A stretch of 64,000 bases of DNA from the IMG/VR virus record IMGVR_UViG_3300025707_000003, positions 96,001 through 160,000 of that record. One strand, 5' to 3'. Below, piece after piece: positions 19,304-27,573 of the stretch. A program made the position numbers and the translations under genes. This DNA is from a virus. Its lineage: Duplodnaviria; Caudoviricetes. Position 1 is the first letter of the stretch, and each line of letters begins with the position of its first letter. Below the pieces are notes generated by a model. It made no database searches, was not told the DNA's origin, and was given only the letters and a program-made list of their open reading frames with translations.

Positions 19304-19509
19304 AATGGTATTACTTTTCCCGAAGTGAGGATACTTTGACTTTAGTTCCAAGAAATAAAATGGGTGTAAGACCCAATGACGCACAAAAAGGAGATGAGTA
19401 CACTCCTTGGTATAAGAAGTCTGAACACCATGATGATTCTCATGTTCATGTAAAAGGGATAAATGAACAGGATGCTGAAAGAAGAGCAAAAGAGAGGATC
19501 AAAAAATGA
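19300..19509 (+). CDS. Hypothetical protein
   Basis: ATGA-coupled ORF. Confidence 0.65.
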   Translation: MKWYYFSRSEDTLTLVPRNKMGVRPNDAQKGDEYTPWYKKSEHHDDSHVHVKGINEQDAERRAKERIKK

Positions 19510-20069
19510 TTGAAATAAAGATAGGTGATTGCACCCAAAGACTTAAAGACCTAGAAGATAACTCTGTTGATGCTGTTATCTGCGATCCTCCTTATGGACT
19601 AAAGTTTATGTCAAAAGGTTGGGATGACATAGGAAACGGAAGTCAGCAAAGGGAATGGCATAGAAAGTGGCTTACAGAAGTTCATCGAATCTTAAAACCA
19701 AATGGAGTCCTTAAGGCTTTCAGTGGTTCAAGGACTTTCCATCACTTAATAGCGATGATGGAAGAAATAGGTTTCTCAGATTTGAGTGTTGAAGCCTGGA
19801 GTTACGGAAGTGGATTCCCGAAATCTCATAATGTGAGTAAATCCATAGATAAACACTTAGGTGTAGTGCGAGAGGAGGTGGGTGTTGTTAAAGGAATGGG
19901 CAAACAGAACCCTGAGTGGAATGGTACTGCACAGGGTAGATCTGAAAACTATTTCAAGCCAGAGTATATTCTGACAGCCCCTACATCCCAACTTGCAAAG
20001 CAGTATGAGGGATGGGGTACGGCTCTTAAACCCGCATGGGAAAGTATATGTATTGGGGTTAAAAAATGA
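19506..20069 (+). CDS. DNA N4/N6-methyltransferase, part 1 (catalytic DPPY motif)
   Basis: IGDC..DNSVDAVICDPPYGLKFM..WD, WSYGSGFPKSHN and GWGTALKPAWE. Confidence 0.85.
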   Translation: MIEIKIGDCTQRLKDLEDNSVDAVICDPPYGLKFMSKGWDDIGNGSQQREWHRKWLTEVHRILKPNGVLKAFSGSRTFHHLIAMMEEIGFSDLSVEAWSYGSGFPKSHNVSKSIDKHLGVVREEVGVVKGMGKQNPEWNGTAQGRSENYFKPEYILTAPTSQLAKQYEGWGTALKPAWESICIGVKK

Positions 20070-20722
20070 TCATCACTATCTTGAGGAAACCCCTTGAGGG
20101 TACAGTAGCTGAGAATACTCTGAAACATGGTTGTGGGGCTTTGAATATTGATGCCACTCGCATTGGGAGTTTAGTCCAAGACACCTCTAAAAATGGACGC
20201 TCCCATGAAAGACAAAAAAGCACAGTCTTTCAATCTAACTTTAAAGAAGAATTTGAAGGGAAGACCACCACAGGAAGATGGCCAGCTAACTTTATTCTGA
20301 CCCATAAAGAAGATTGTGAGTTAAGAGGAACTAAAAAAGTTAAAGGGCATAAAGGCTATCCAAATGGTCCAGGTGGTATTTGGTCTAAAGAGTACCAAGA
20401 CAAACACCAAAAAGATCGTAGCCTTACAGATGTGAAAACTGTCAAAGACAATGAAGCGTGGGTGGGTCATGCAGATAAAGATGGGAAAGAAACTATATCT
20501 GATTGGGCTTGTGTAGAGGGTTGCCCTGTTCAAGAGTTAGACGAACTTTCTCTTGCTAATGGTATGCACAGTGCAGGGTACTCAAAGTCACACAACACTA
20601 AACGAATTGAGGGAATGGTGAACTTTGGTGGTGGTGATCTTTTGACCAATGGGGGTCGTTATGGAGATAGTGGAGGAGCTTCTAGGTTTTTTAAACAATT
20701 TAAGAAAGAGAATGACCAATGA
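20066..20722 (+). CDS. DNA methyltransferase, part 2 (middle region)
   Basis: RKPLEGTVAENTLKHGCGALNIDATRI, GRWPAN and GGASRFF, all normally internal to one-piece phage MTases. Confidence 0.8.
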   Translation: MIITILRKPLEGTVAENTLKHGCGALNIDATRIGSLVQDTSKNGRSHERQKSTVFQSNFKEEFEGKTTTGRWPANFILTHKEDCELRGTKKVKGHKGYPNGPGGIWSKEYQDKHQKDRSLTDVKTVKDNEAWVGHADKDGKETISDWACVEGCPVQELDELSLANGMHSAGYSKSHNTKRIEGMVNFGGGDLLTNGGRYGDSGGASRFFKQFKKENDQ

Positions 20723-21435
20723 AAGACATGATTGAATACTTTAAGACAATGATCACACCTCCAGTAGAAGATGCCTGTATTATTGTTGCACACCCACAAG
20801 AAATAGATTTCACAAAATATCTAAAAGTGGAGAAACAAGGAGCAGGTTCAGGGGCAATTATTGATATGAAAGAACCTCTTGCTCATGGAGTGATCTTACT
20901 GTCAGAACCTACGGATGAACAAAGTAAAGAAATATTTAAAATCTTAAAACCTGGTGGTCATGTGATCCTCATCCCCGAAGACATTGGATATAAGGGAGTT
21001 ATTTCCCTTGAAGATACAGGGTTTGAAGTAAGAGATGCGATCTTTGTAGGAGATGGGGAGAGCGATTTCTATTACTGCTCGAAAGCAAGTAGGTCTGAAA
21101 GAGAAGAGGGGCTACCTCCAAAAGACGAAGGTAGATCCAACACACACCCTACTGTCAAGCCTATAGAAATCATGGGGTGGTGTGCTAGAGATATAAAACC
21201 TAACTCTAAAGTAGTAGACCCATTCTTAGGGTCTGGAACTACTGGGATTGCGATGTCTCGTTTAGGGCATGACTTTGTAGGGATTGAATTACAGAAAGAA
21301 TATGCAAAGATCTGTGAGGCTCGGATTAGACATTGGATGCCTATTGGGACTGAGATAGAGTCTGAAGCTCAAGTAGGTAAAGCAGAACCTAAAAAGGGTG
21401 AGCAAGTATCTATATTTGACATCTTTGATTCATAG
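20719..21435 (+). CDS. DNA methyltransferase, part 3 (SAM-binding motif)
   Basis: YCSKASRSERE, HPTVKP, VVDPFLGSGTTGIA and FVGIEL. Confidence 0.85.
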   Translation: MKDMIEYFKTMITPPVEDACIIVAHPQEIDFTKYLKVEKQGAGSGAIIDMKEPLAHGVILLSEPTDEQSKEIFKILKPGGHVILIPEDIGYKGVISLEDTGFEVRDAIFVGDGESDFYYCSKASRSEREEGLPPKDEGRSNTHPTVKPIEIMGWCARDIKPNSKVVDPFLGSGTTGIAMSRLGHDFVGIELQKEYAKICEARIRHWMPIGTEIESEAQVGKAEPKKGEQVSIFDIFDS

Positions 21436-21444
21436 TTTATTTAT
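21432..21444 (+). promoter_or_regulatory. Class B motif upstream of glutamine synthetase
   Basis: atagtttatttat. Confidence 0.55.
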
Positions 21445-21479
21445 TGTGCCTCATTTTTATTTGAGAAAGGAGAGCGTTA

Positions 21480-22502
21480 ATGCTCGCGGAATACATTTGG
21501 ATAGATGGTGGAAACCCAACAGCTAGAGTTAGATCTAAGACCAAGTACATACACGACACGACACCAACCACCGTTGAGAGATTGCCTCTGTGGAACTTTG
21601 ATGGTTCATCTACAATGCAAGCGATCGGCAAATCCTCGGACTGTGTATTAAGACCAGTACGAATTGTCAATGACCCCATTAGAGGAGGGGACAATATCTT
21701 AGTTCTTTGTGAGGTAGAGACTGTTGATGGCGATAAGCACCCCTCTAATACAAGGTCTAAACTTGTTAAATCTCTTGAGTCTTTTAAAGGTCAAGGAGAA
21801 TGGGTTGCTTTTGAACAAGAGTATACTCTGTATAAAGGATCAAGACCTCTAGGATTCCCAAGTGAAAGAAGATTCCCAGCAGACCAAGGCCCATATTATT
21901 GTGGTGTTGGTGCAGATGAAGTATCTGGTAGACCTCTTGTAGAAAAGCACTTAGATATTTGTCTGCAAGCAGGATTGCCTATTACGGGTATTAATGCAGA
22001 AGTCATGCCTGGTCAATGGGAATACCAACTTGGCGGGCCGAACATAGACGCTTTAACAGCGAGTGATCATCTATGGATTTCTAGGTGGCTCTTGTATCGC
22101 ATTGGTGAGGACTTTGACATCACAGCAACTCTTGACCCTAAGCCTGTCGCTGGAGATTGGAATGGGGCGGGTATGCACACCAACTTCTCAACCAAAACCA
22201 TGAGACAAGAAGGTGGCATCGAGGAGATCAACCAAGCTGTTGAAAAGATGTCTCACAGGATTCAAGAACACCTTGATCGCTATGGGGCAGGTTATGAGAT
22301 CAGACTAACAGGTCACCACGAGACTTGTCGTTATGATGAGTTCAAGTGGGGTGTTTCAGATCGTACAGCTTCTGTTCGTATCCCTGTCGAAACGGATAAA
22401 AATGGTTGTGGCTATTTTGAAGACCGAAGACCTAACGCTAACGCAGATCCTTATCTTGTATGTGAAGCATTGATAAGAACGATCTCTGAAACTTGGGAGT
22501 AA
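21480..22502 (+). CDS. glnII: Glutamine synthetase type II
   Basis: AEYIWIDG..RSKT, WNFDGSST, QGPYYCGVGA, NAEVMPGQWEYQ, WNGAGMHTNFS, RLTGHHET and FEDRRP. Confidence 0.95.
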   Translation: MLAEYIWIDGGNPTARVRSKTKYIHDTTPTTVERLPLWNFDGSSTMQAIGKSSDCVLRPVRIVNDPIRGGDNILVLCEVETVDGDKHPSNTRSKLVKSLESFKGQGEWVAFEQEYTLYKGSRPLGFPSERRFPADQGPYYCGVGADEVSGRPLVEKHLDICLQAGLPITGINAEVMPGQWEYQLGGPNIDALTASDHLWISRWLLYRIGEDFDITATLDPKPVAGDWNGAGMHTNFSTKTMRQEGGIEEINQAVEKMSHRIQEHLDRYGAGYEIRLTGHHETCRYDEFKWGVSDRTASVRIPVETDKNGCGYFEDRRPNANADPYLVCEALIRTISETWE

Positions 22503-22505
22503 ACC

Positions 22506-22700
22506 ATGAAAGTTCGTGTGGAATGGGATTTCTCTCAAACAGAGCTAGAAGATACAGAATACGACAAAGCAGTTGAGCAAGCAGGGCTTCCCCATATCGT
22601 CCTTATACCCATAGATGTGGCTTATGAGGATGAAGGTGGGATCTCCGATTGGATCAGTGACAAGTTTGGGTTTACAATCTATGAGTGGTGGGAAGTGTAA
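22506..22700 (+). CDS. Hypothetical protein
   Basis: 64-aa ORF whose TAA stop is part of the class A motif. Confidence 0.65.
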   Translation: MKVRVEWDFSQTELEDTEYDKAVEQAGLPHIVLIPIDVAYEDEGGISDWISDKFGFTIYEWWEV

Positions 22701-22728
22701 CCCCTTATTTATGTCATAGTGTAAGGGG
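22697..22728 (+). promoter_or_regulatory. Class A motif with a CCCCTTA-N14-TAAGGGG dyad
   Basis: gtaaccccttatttatgtcatagtgtaagggg. Confidence 0.7.
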
Positions 22729-22770
22729 CTGAAAACCAACCCCTCAAACTCCCCAAAGGAGAACGCCAAG

Positions 22771-23313
22771 ATGAACCACCTAACCCTCCTCAACACAGTG
22801 AGCTACGCAACCGAAGCTCACAAAAATCAGCAACGCAAGAGTGGCGGAGCCTACATCTGCCACCCAATCAGAATGTCGGCCGCACTTGCAAGTGCAGGGG
22901 TCAACGACCTACTTCCGCTCCAAATCGCCCTCCTCCACGACACCATCGAGGACACTACGGTGACCTACAACGACCTCCTCACAGAGTTTGGACAGGAGGT
23001 CGCAGACGGAGTGGTCGAACTGAGTGATGACAAAGCACTCGACAAAGCCACACGCAAGGCTCTCACCATCACCCACGCCCCACACCTCAGCCGAGCATCC
23101 GCTCTAGTGAAGATCGCAGACAACTGCGACAACTGTAACGGGATCATGGGCGACCACCCTCCCAAAGGGTGGAATCAAGAGAGGATCACAGCCTACGGAG
23201 AGTGGGCAAGGAAGGTAGCAGAGGGAGCTTACAAAGCTCTTAAGAGCGAGGGGGACAGAGAGATCGCCCGAAACCTCGCACGAGGAAGCAAACTCCCAAC
23301 CAACCTCGGCTAA
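22771..23313 (+). CDS. HD-domain hydrolase, RelA/SpoT small alarmone hydrolase (Mesh1-like)
   Basis: AHKNQQRK..YICHP, ALLHDTIEDT, LSDDK and VKIAD..DN. Confidence 0.88.
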   Translation: MNHLTLLNTVSYATEAHKNQQRKSGGAYICHPIRMSAALASAGVNDLLPLQIALLHDTIEDTTVTYNDLLTEFGQEVADGVVELSDDKALDKATRKALTITHAPHLSRASALVKIADNCDNCNGIMGDHPPKGWNQERITAYGEWARKVAEGAYKALKSEGDREIARNLARGSKLPTNLG

Positions 23314-23942
23314 AGAGGAGGGGAGAGAAGGTCAAAGCGATAAAACGCAGACTTGACCCCCACCTCTAAGACCCCACCACTACGCACCAACAACTGAGAG
23401 AAGTTGTTGGGATCATTTACTACATCATAAGTAGCCAACCCACAGATGTAGAATTCGTACCTTGACTCTCTTATCACGATAATCTGAGGTGTGTTTGAGG
23501 AGCTAGGTGTAGGCTTTCTTAACAGTGGGAAATCTCCCATGTTTACTGTCTTGACTCCCACCTCATATCCCGCTGACCTCAAGTCGGGAACATAGTAGTC
23601 ATTAGAGTTCCCTACAGAAAAGTCAACGAACAACTTACCTATGTGTTGTTCCACAGCACACTCACCACCCCAACCAGTCAGGTATCTTTTAGCCAACGAC
23701 TTTGGGTCTTTAAAGTATTGACCCCCCTCTTGTCTTTTCTTCTCGATCACTTTCTTAACGAACGACCTTATTTGAGCCTCTTTATCGGTGCTTAGAGAGA
23801 CTTTTGGGTATGAGTCTAGGTGTTGCCCTACAAAGTGATTGAAGGACGGTTCTATACCCTCTAAGATCTTTGACCTCAATCTTCTTTCACCTTGCAGTTG
23901 AGCAGGTATTCTCGCACATAATGTTGAATAGCCCTCACCCAA
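23310..23942 (-). CDS. Hypothetical protein, possible PD-(D/E)XK fold
   Basis: GECAV....PDL...EVGVKT pattern. The start is uncertain. Confidence 0.45.
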   Translation of the reverse strand: MGEGYSTLCARIPAQLQGERRLRSKILEGIEPSFNHFVGQHLDSYPKVSLSTDKEAQIRSFVKKVIEKKRQEGGQYFKDPKSLAKRYLTGWGGECAVEQHIGKLFVDFSVGNSNDYYVPDLRSAGYEVGVKTVNMGDFPLLRKPTPSSSNTPQIIVIRESRYEFYICGLATYDVVNDPNNFSQLLVRSGGVLEVGVKSAFYRFDLLSPPL

Positions 23943-24238
23943 GACTTAGGTGTCTCTATCTTGTAGTTTGCCCTCATGTATTCATCAACACCTTTAGCTG
24001 TCGTAGGCAAACTAAGATCAATAAAACTTGAGTTCATGTGAGGCATCTCTAAAACAAATCGCCTCAAGTTTTGATATTCAAGCCTCAGCATATCCAAACG
24101 GTATTCCTCACTTGAAGCACAGGAAAAGTGTGTCGGACACTTTATCATCCCTCCTTTTTTGAGAAAAATGTATCCGTCACCTTTACATTTACAGTCTAAC
24201 ATACTGTTCGTGATTTTCATTACTGTCTTTCGTTTCAC
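23876..24238 (-). CDS. Hypothetical protein with Cys motifs
   Basis: GTG start after AGGAGG; CKCKGDG..CPTH. Confidence 0.6.
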   Translation of the reverse strand: MKRKTVMKITNSMLDCKCKGDGYIFLKKGGMIKCPTHFSCASSEEYRLDMLRLEYQNLRRFVLEMPHMNSSFIDLSLPTTAKGVDEYMRANYKIETPKSWVRAIQHYVREYLLNCKVKED

Positions 24239-24299
24239 AAGAAACCTCCTTTTAATAGTTTCTTTATACAACCACTACTTAAAAAGAGAGGAGATTGTT

Positions 24300-24650
24300 A
24301 TGGGAAACTTCTGGGTGAGACCCGATGGGCAGAACACTCTAAAGGGTGTAGAAGATGACCCTACCAATAAACCTGTACTACCTGCGTATCTGATTTTAGA
24401 GTTCTTGTCGAACGATAATCAGAAAGCGAGAGATGACTTTTTGAAACTACTTCCAGGAATGGGTGAAGAAGAACAGTATAGGCTACAAGAAATCTATGCT
24501 TTCAGCACTAAGCCAAAAGACTATCCTCAGATTATTGAGGACAAGTTTCAAAAGGCTATGACTCCTAGAGTCAACATGGGGAACAATCATCTCCCTAAAA
24601 CAGTAAACACATCATCTAACCAACGCACTAAACTTAGAGTGAACCAATAG
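24300..24650 (+). CDS. Hypothetical protein
   Basis: GAGGAG RBS, with a class B motif at 24255-24267. Confidence 0.7.
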   Translation: MGNFWVRPDGQNTLKGVEDDPTNKPVLPAYLILEFLSNDNQKARDDFLKLLPGMGEEEQYRLQEIYAFSTKPKDYPQIIEDKFQKAMTPRVNMGNNHLPKTVNTSSNQRTKLRVNQ

Positions 24651-24689
24651 CTACGACCTCTTTTAAAGAGACCGCAATGGAGAATAAAA

Positions 24690-25601
24690 ATGAGAAGACT
24701 AGCTTCGGAAATACTTAAAGATTTAGAACTAAGGGTAGCTCACCTTGAAAGTGGCTTTCAAGGTGAGTTGAGGAAATCTATTGAGGTTGTCATCGAAAAT
24801 ACTCCCTCAAATATAAGAATTGATCGAGTAGAGTTTCCCAGAACACAGGAAGAGTTTTTAGAGATAGAGGCAAATAATGTGCCCGTTATTTTTTACAACT
24901 GCCCACTTGGAACAAACATGGTCAACCGATTGGAACTGTTCAAGTCTGATTTTAATCCTATGGTAGAGTCTAGGCTTGCAGATAGGAATAAGAAAGACAT
25001 TGGTGGTTTGCTAGAGATTAGTCTCCAAGACCTCTTAAGATCAAACTTTGAGAGGGGTTCTCGATATGTAGGGAAGCACCGTCTGAATACGAGGGCTTTG
25101 AAAAAACTGCTAGGGGTTAATCTTTATGGTAAGGGTCAGATTTTAGAGGGTATGGGAATAAACTCTGCAAATATGTGGTGTGGACCTAAAGGGTGCGTCA
25201 CCCCCCTCCACCTTGATACAATCAACAACTTAGCATGGAATGTGTACGGGCAAAAGACATGGTTCTTGGTAAGTCCAGAGGATATGTACCACAAGGCTTA
25301 CTTAGAATCATTCAAAGAGCCTTATGAAGAGGACTATAAGGGTGATTGGACTAGGAACGATAATGGTCGATCTCCTACCTTTTCAAAGATGACAGAGAAC
25401 CCATTAAAGAGCTTTAATCATTTCCCTATGTCTAGGGGTATAAAGTTCCATAAGGTCGTGTTCAGAGAAAATGAAATGCTGTATCTTCCCGCTTATTGGG
25501 GACACTATGTTAATACTGACTCCGACTCTTTAATGATTAACCATTGGTACGATGAGGTGCCTATAATCCTTAGCTCAACAAGAGTGAAAGGCAATTTGTA
25601 G
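24690..25601 (+). CDS. Tag-family protein 3 with a JmjC/cupin-8 2OG-Fe(II) oxygenase cargo
   Basis: Tag MRRLASEILKDLELRVAHLE; NMWCGPKG..TPLHLD..NL..VYGQKTWFL and EMLYLPAYWGHYV (HxD..H triad). Confidence 0.88.
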   Translation: MRRLASEILKDLELRVAHLESGFQGELRKSIEVVIENTPSNIRIDRVEFPRTQEEFLEIEANNVPVIFYNCPLGTNMVNRLELFKSDFNPMVESRLADRNKKDIGGLLEISLQDLLRSNFERGSRYVGKHRLNTRALKKLLGVNLYGKGQILEGMGINSANMWCGPKGCVTPLHLDTINNLAWNVYGQKTWFLVSPEDMYHKAYLESFKEPYEEDYKGDWTRNDNGRSPTFSKMTENPLKSFNHFPMSRGIKFHKVVFRENEMLYLPAYWGHYVNTDSDSLMINHWYDEVPIILSSTRVKGNL

Positions 25602-25643
25602 TTCGTTTATCGCTTCTCCATAGATGATCTACACAATGGAGAA
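25598..25643 (+). promoter_or_regulatory. Class B motif followed by an SD-occluding hairpin
   Basis: gtagttcgtttat, then ttctccat (25614-21) pairing with atggagaa (25636-43), enclosing tagatgatcta. Confidence 0.55.
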
Positions 25644-25649
25644 TAAAAA

Positions 25650-26000
25650 ATGGCTACAGAGAAATCACAAGACCCAACACAGCTTGATAAACTACCACTT
25701 AAGAGCAAGAAGTTCCTTGCTTATCTGATCGCAGACATCGGGTGGAAAATCCTTATGTTCTATGTGATTTGGGAGTATCAAACTAAGATTGAGCATTATG
25801 CGTTTATGGTTCTCGTCACTATGATCGTAACAAGCGGTTTTATACAGATCGGGTATATCTTAGGTCAAGCCGCTCTTGATAAGTACACTACAGTGGCTGT
25901 CTCGGCTCTTGAGAGAGATGGGGATAAACCTACCCCACCTAAACCAAAGGCTAAAGAAGAACCCGACCCTAATAGCACAGACCCTAACGAGTTCATGTAA
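25650..26000 (+). CDS. Small two-TM membrane protein (holin candidate)
   Basis: Two hydrophobic helices, an SKKF motif before TM1 and a charged tail. Confidence 0.5.
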   Translation: MATEKSQDPTQLDKLPLKSKKFLAYLIADIGWKILMFYVIWEYQTKIEHYAFMVLVTMIVTSGFIQIGYILGQAALDKYTTVAVSALERDGDKPTPPKPKAKEEPDPNSTDPNEFM

Positions 26001-26059
26001 TAGTTTATTTATGAGTGATCTTAAGTGATCTCATTAACCTTAACAAAATGGAGAAAACC
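26000..26059 (+). promoter_or_regulatory. Tag-family promoter/RBS cassette
   Basis: atagtttatttat..taagtgatctcattaaccttaacaaaatggaga. Confidence 0.7.
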
Positions 26060-26728
26060 ATGAGAAGATCAGCAACCGAAGTTATTAAAAACCTTGAGCG
26101 TAGAATCGCAAGGCTCGAAGGAAATATAAACACTCGAAAGACCGCAAGGGGAGATGTCGCTATCGAGACCGCTTCCGAGCGAGACATACAGAAGGCTTGG
26201 CCTAGAGTCACCTATAAAGGCAAAAGCATCCACGCAGACTACAGCAAATGGACTAACTCGGTCGAGAGTTCAGAACTTAGCGAGTATACTGATATTGGTT
26301 TGACGGATGATCTGGGTAATTCTCTGGAAGTTGCAGAAGGTGGACAAGAGGTTTATCTTGGATACAACCAAGAAAAAGATTTCTTTGTGATGGGCTTTGA
26401 TATGAGTTTCTATTCACAAGTAACAGAAGATGAGTGGGATGCTCATGCTGATGCCATGTCCAAATATGAGGACGCAAAGTTTGAAGCGGAGGAATGGAAT
26501 GAGGATGAGCCTGAGCCTTGGGACTTTGAAGGATATAATGAGGACTTTGAGAATGTCGAAGATCCTCGTCATAATGGTCACAGAGGTTGGGCGGCAGTAC
26601 TTTTTAGGGTTGAGAATGGTCGGATTAAGACAGAAGACCCTAAGTTCGGTACTAGTCTTTTTTATGAGATGGATGTACACAAGGGACTTAAGCGTAAGTT
26701 TAATCTCGTTGACCTTCGATTGGGATAA
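26060..26728 (+). CDS. Tag-family protein 4 with acidic cargo
   Basis: MRRSATEVIKNLERRIARLE; the start is reassigned from 26015. Confidence 0.8.
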   Translation: MRRSATEVIKNLERRIARLEGNINTRKTARGDVAIETASERDIQKAWPRVTYKGKSIHADYSKWTNSVESSELSEYTDIGLTDDLGNSLEVAEGGQEVYLGYNQEKDFFVMGFDMSFYSQVTEDEWDAHADAMSKYEDAKFEAEEWNEDEPEPWDFEGYNEDFENVEDPRHNGHRGWAAVLFRVENGRIKTEDPKFGTSLFYEMDVHKGLKRKFNLVDLRLG

Positions 26729-26837
26729 ACCTACCCTCAAACTCTAATAATGTTAGTTATACTCGTTATTAAGTCATCTATTAAAGGTTAAATGACTTAC
26801 TCCTATATGAGTGAACCTCATATCTAGGAGTAAGAAC

Positions 26838-27044
26838 ATGAGTGCTAAATCCTTTGAAGAAGCCGTAAGAACAACTCAACCTGTCATTTATGTAGGAGTT
26901 GAGCGTCAAGAGGCTAAGGGCTTCAATAAAGTAGTCCTCATACAAGAGAATAAAGAAGGGCTACAGACAACCGAACACCACATGACAGGTGATGTCTCTG
27001 TTCAAATGGTGAATGGTGTCTTAAAGGTTTATGTGAAAAGCTAA
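26838..27044 (+). CDS. Hypothetical protein
   Basis: AGGAG RBS, preceded by a degenerate cassette sequence ctcgttattaagtcatct (26762-79). Confidence 0.65.
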   Translation: MSAKSFEEAVRTTQPVIYVGVERQEAKGFNKVVLIQENKEGLQTTEHHMTGDVSVQMVNGVLKVYVKS

Positions 27045-27078
27045 AGCAGATCTGCCGCTATGTCAGATGTGTGTAAAC

Positions 27079-27516
27079 TCAGATGTGTTCCTCAAGCATT
27101 GCAGGGAGACTCCAGATCTCGTCAGAGATTTTGCCTAACTTACGATCACGAAAGCAGAGTCTTTCCAACTTACTTGCGTCTGCGTGATCCATATCCTCAA
27201 GATCAGTTGTGTACACCCGATAAGAGACCTCAGAGACACCCTCATCATCACAGATGCTAAGATCATTATCGTCACAGATCTGTTTGACCCTAGACTCAAA
27301 CTCATTTTGTAGTTCATCCGCTTCCATAAAATAACGGTGTATGAGAGCATGACTCTCTTCCTCTGACCAAACATCATAAATCCACTCATCAGCATCGAAG
27401 TGTCTGTAAGCGTTGCGACTGAGACCAGCCTTCTTACCAGAGGATTTCGTCTTCTTTTCAAGTCTTGCAATTCTCATTTCAAGGTTATTAATGATTTCTG
27501 TTGCTGATTTTCTCAT
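27079..27516 (-). CDS. Tag-family protein 5 with acidic cargo
   Basis: MRKSATEIINNLEMRIARLE; cassette upstream at 27517-27577. Confidence 0.8.
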   Translation of the reverse strand: MRKSATEIINNLEMRIARLEKKTKSSGKKAGLSRNAYRHFDADEWIYDVWSEEESHALIHRYFMEADELQNEFESRVKQICDDNDLSICDDEGVSEVSYRVYTTDLEDMDHADASKLERLCFRDRKLGKISDEIWSLPAMLEEHI

Positions 27517-27573
27517 AAAGGTACTCCATAGGTTTGAGGTTAATAAGATCACTTAATAACGAGAATAGATAAA

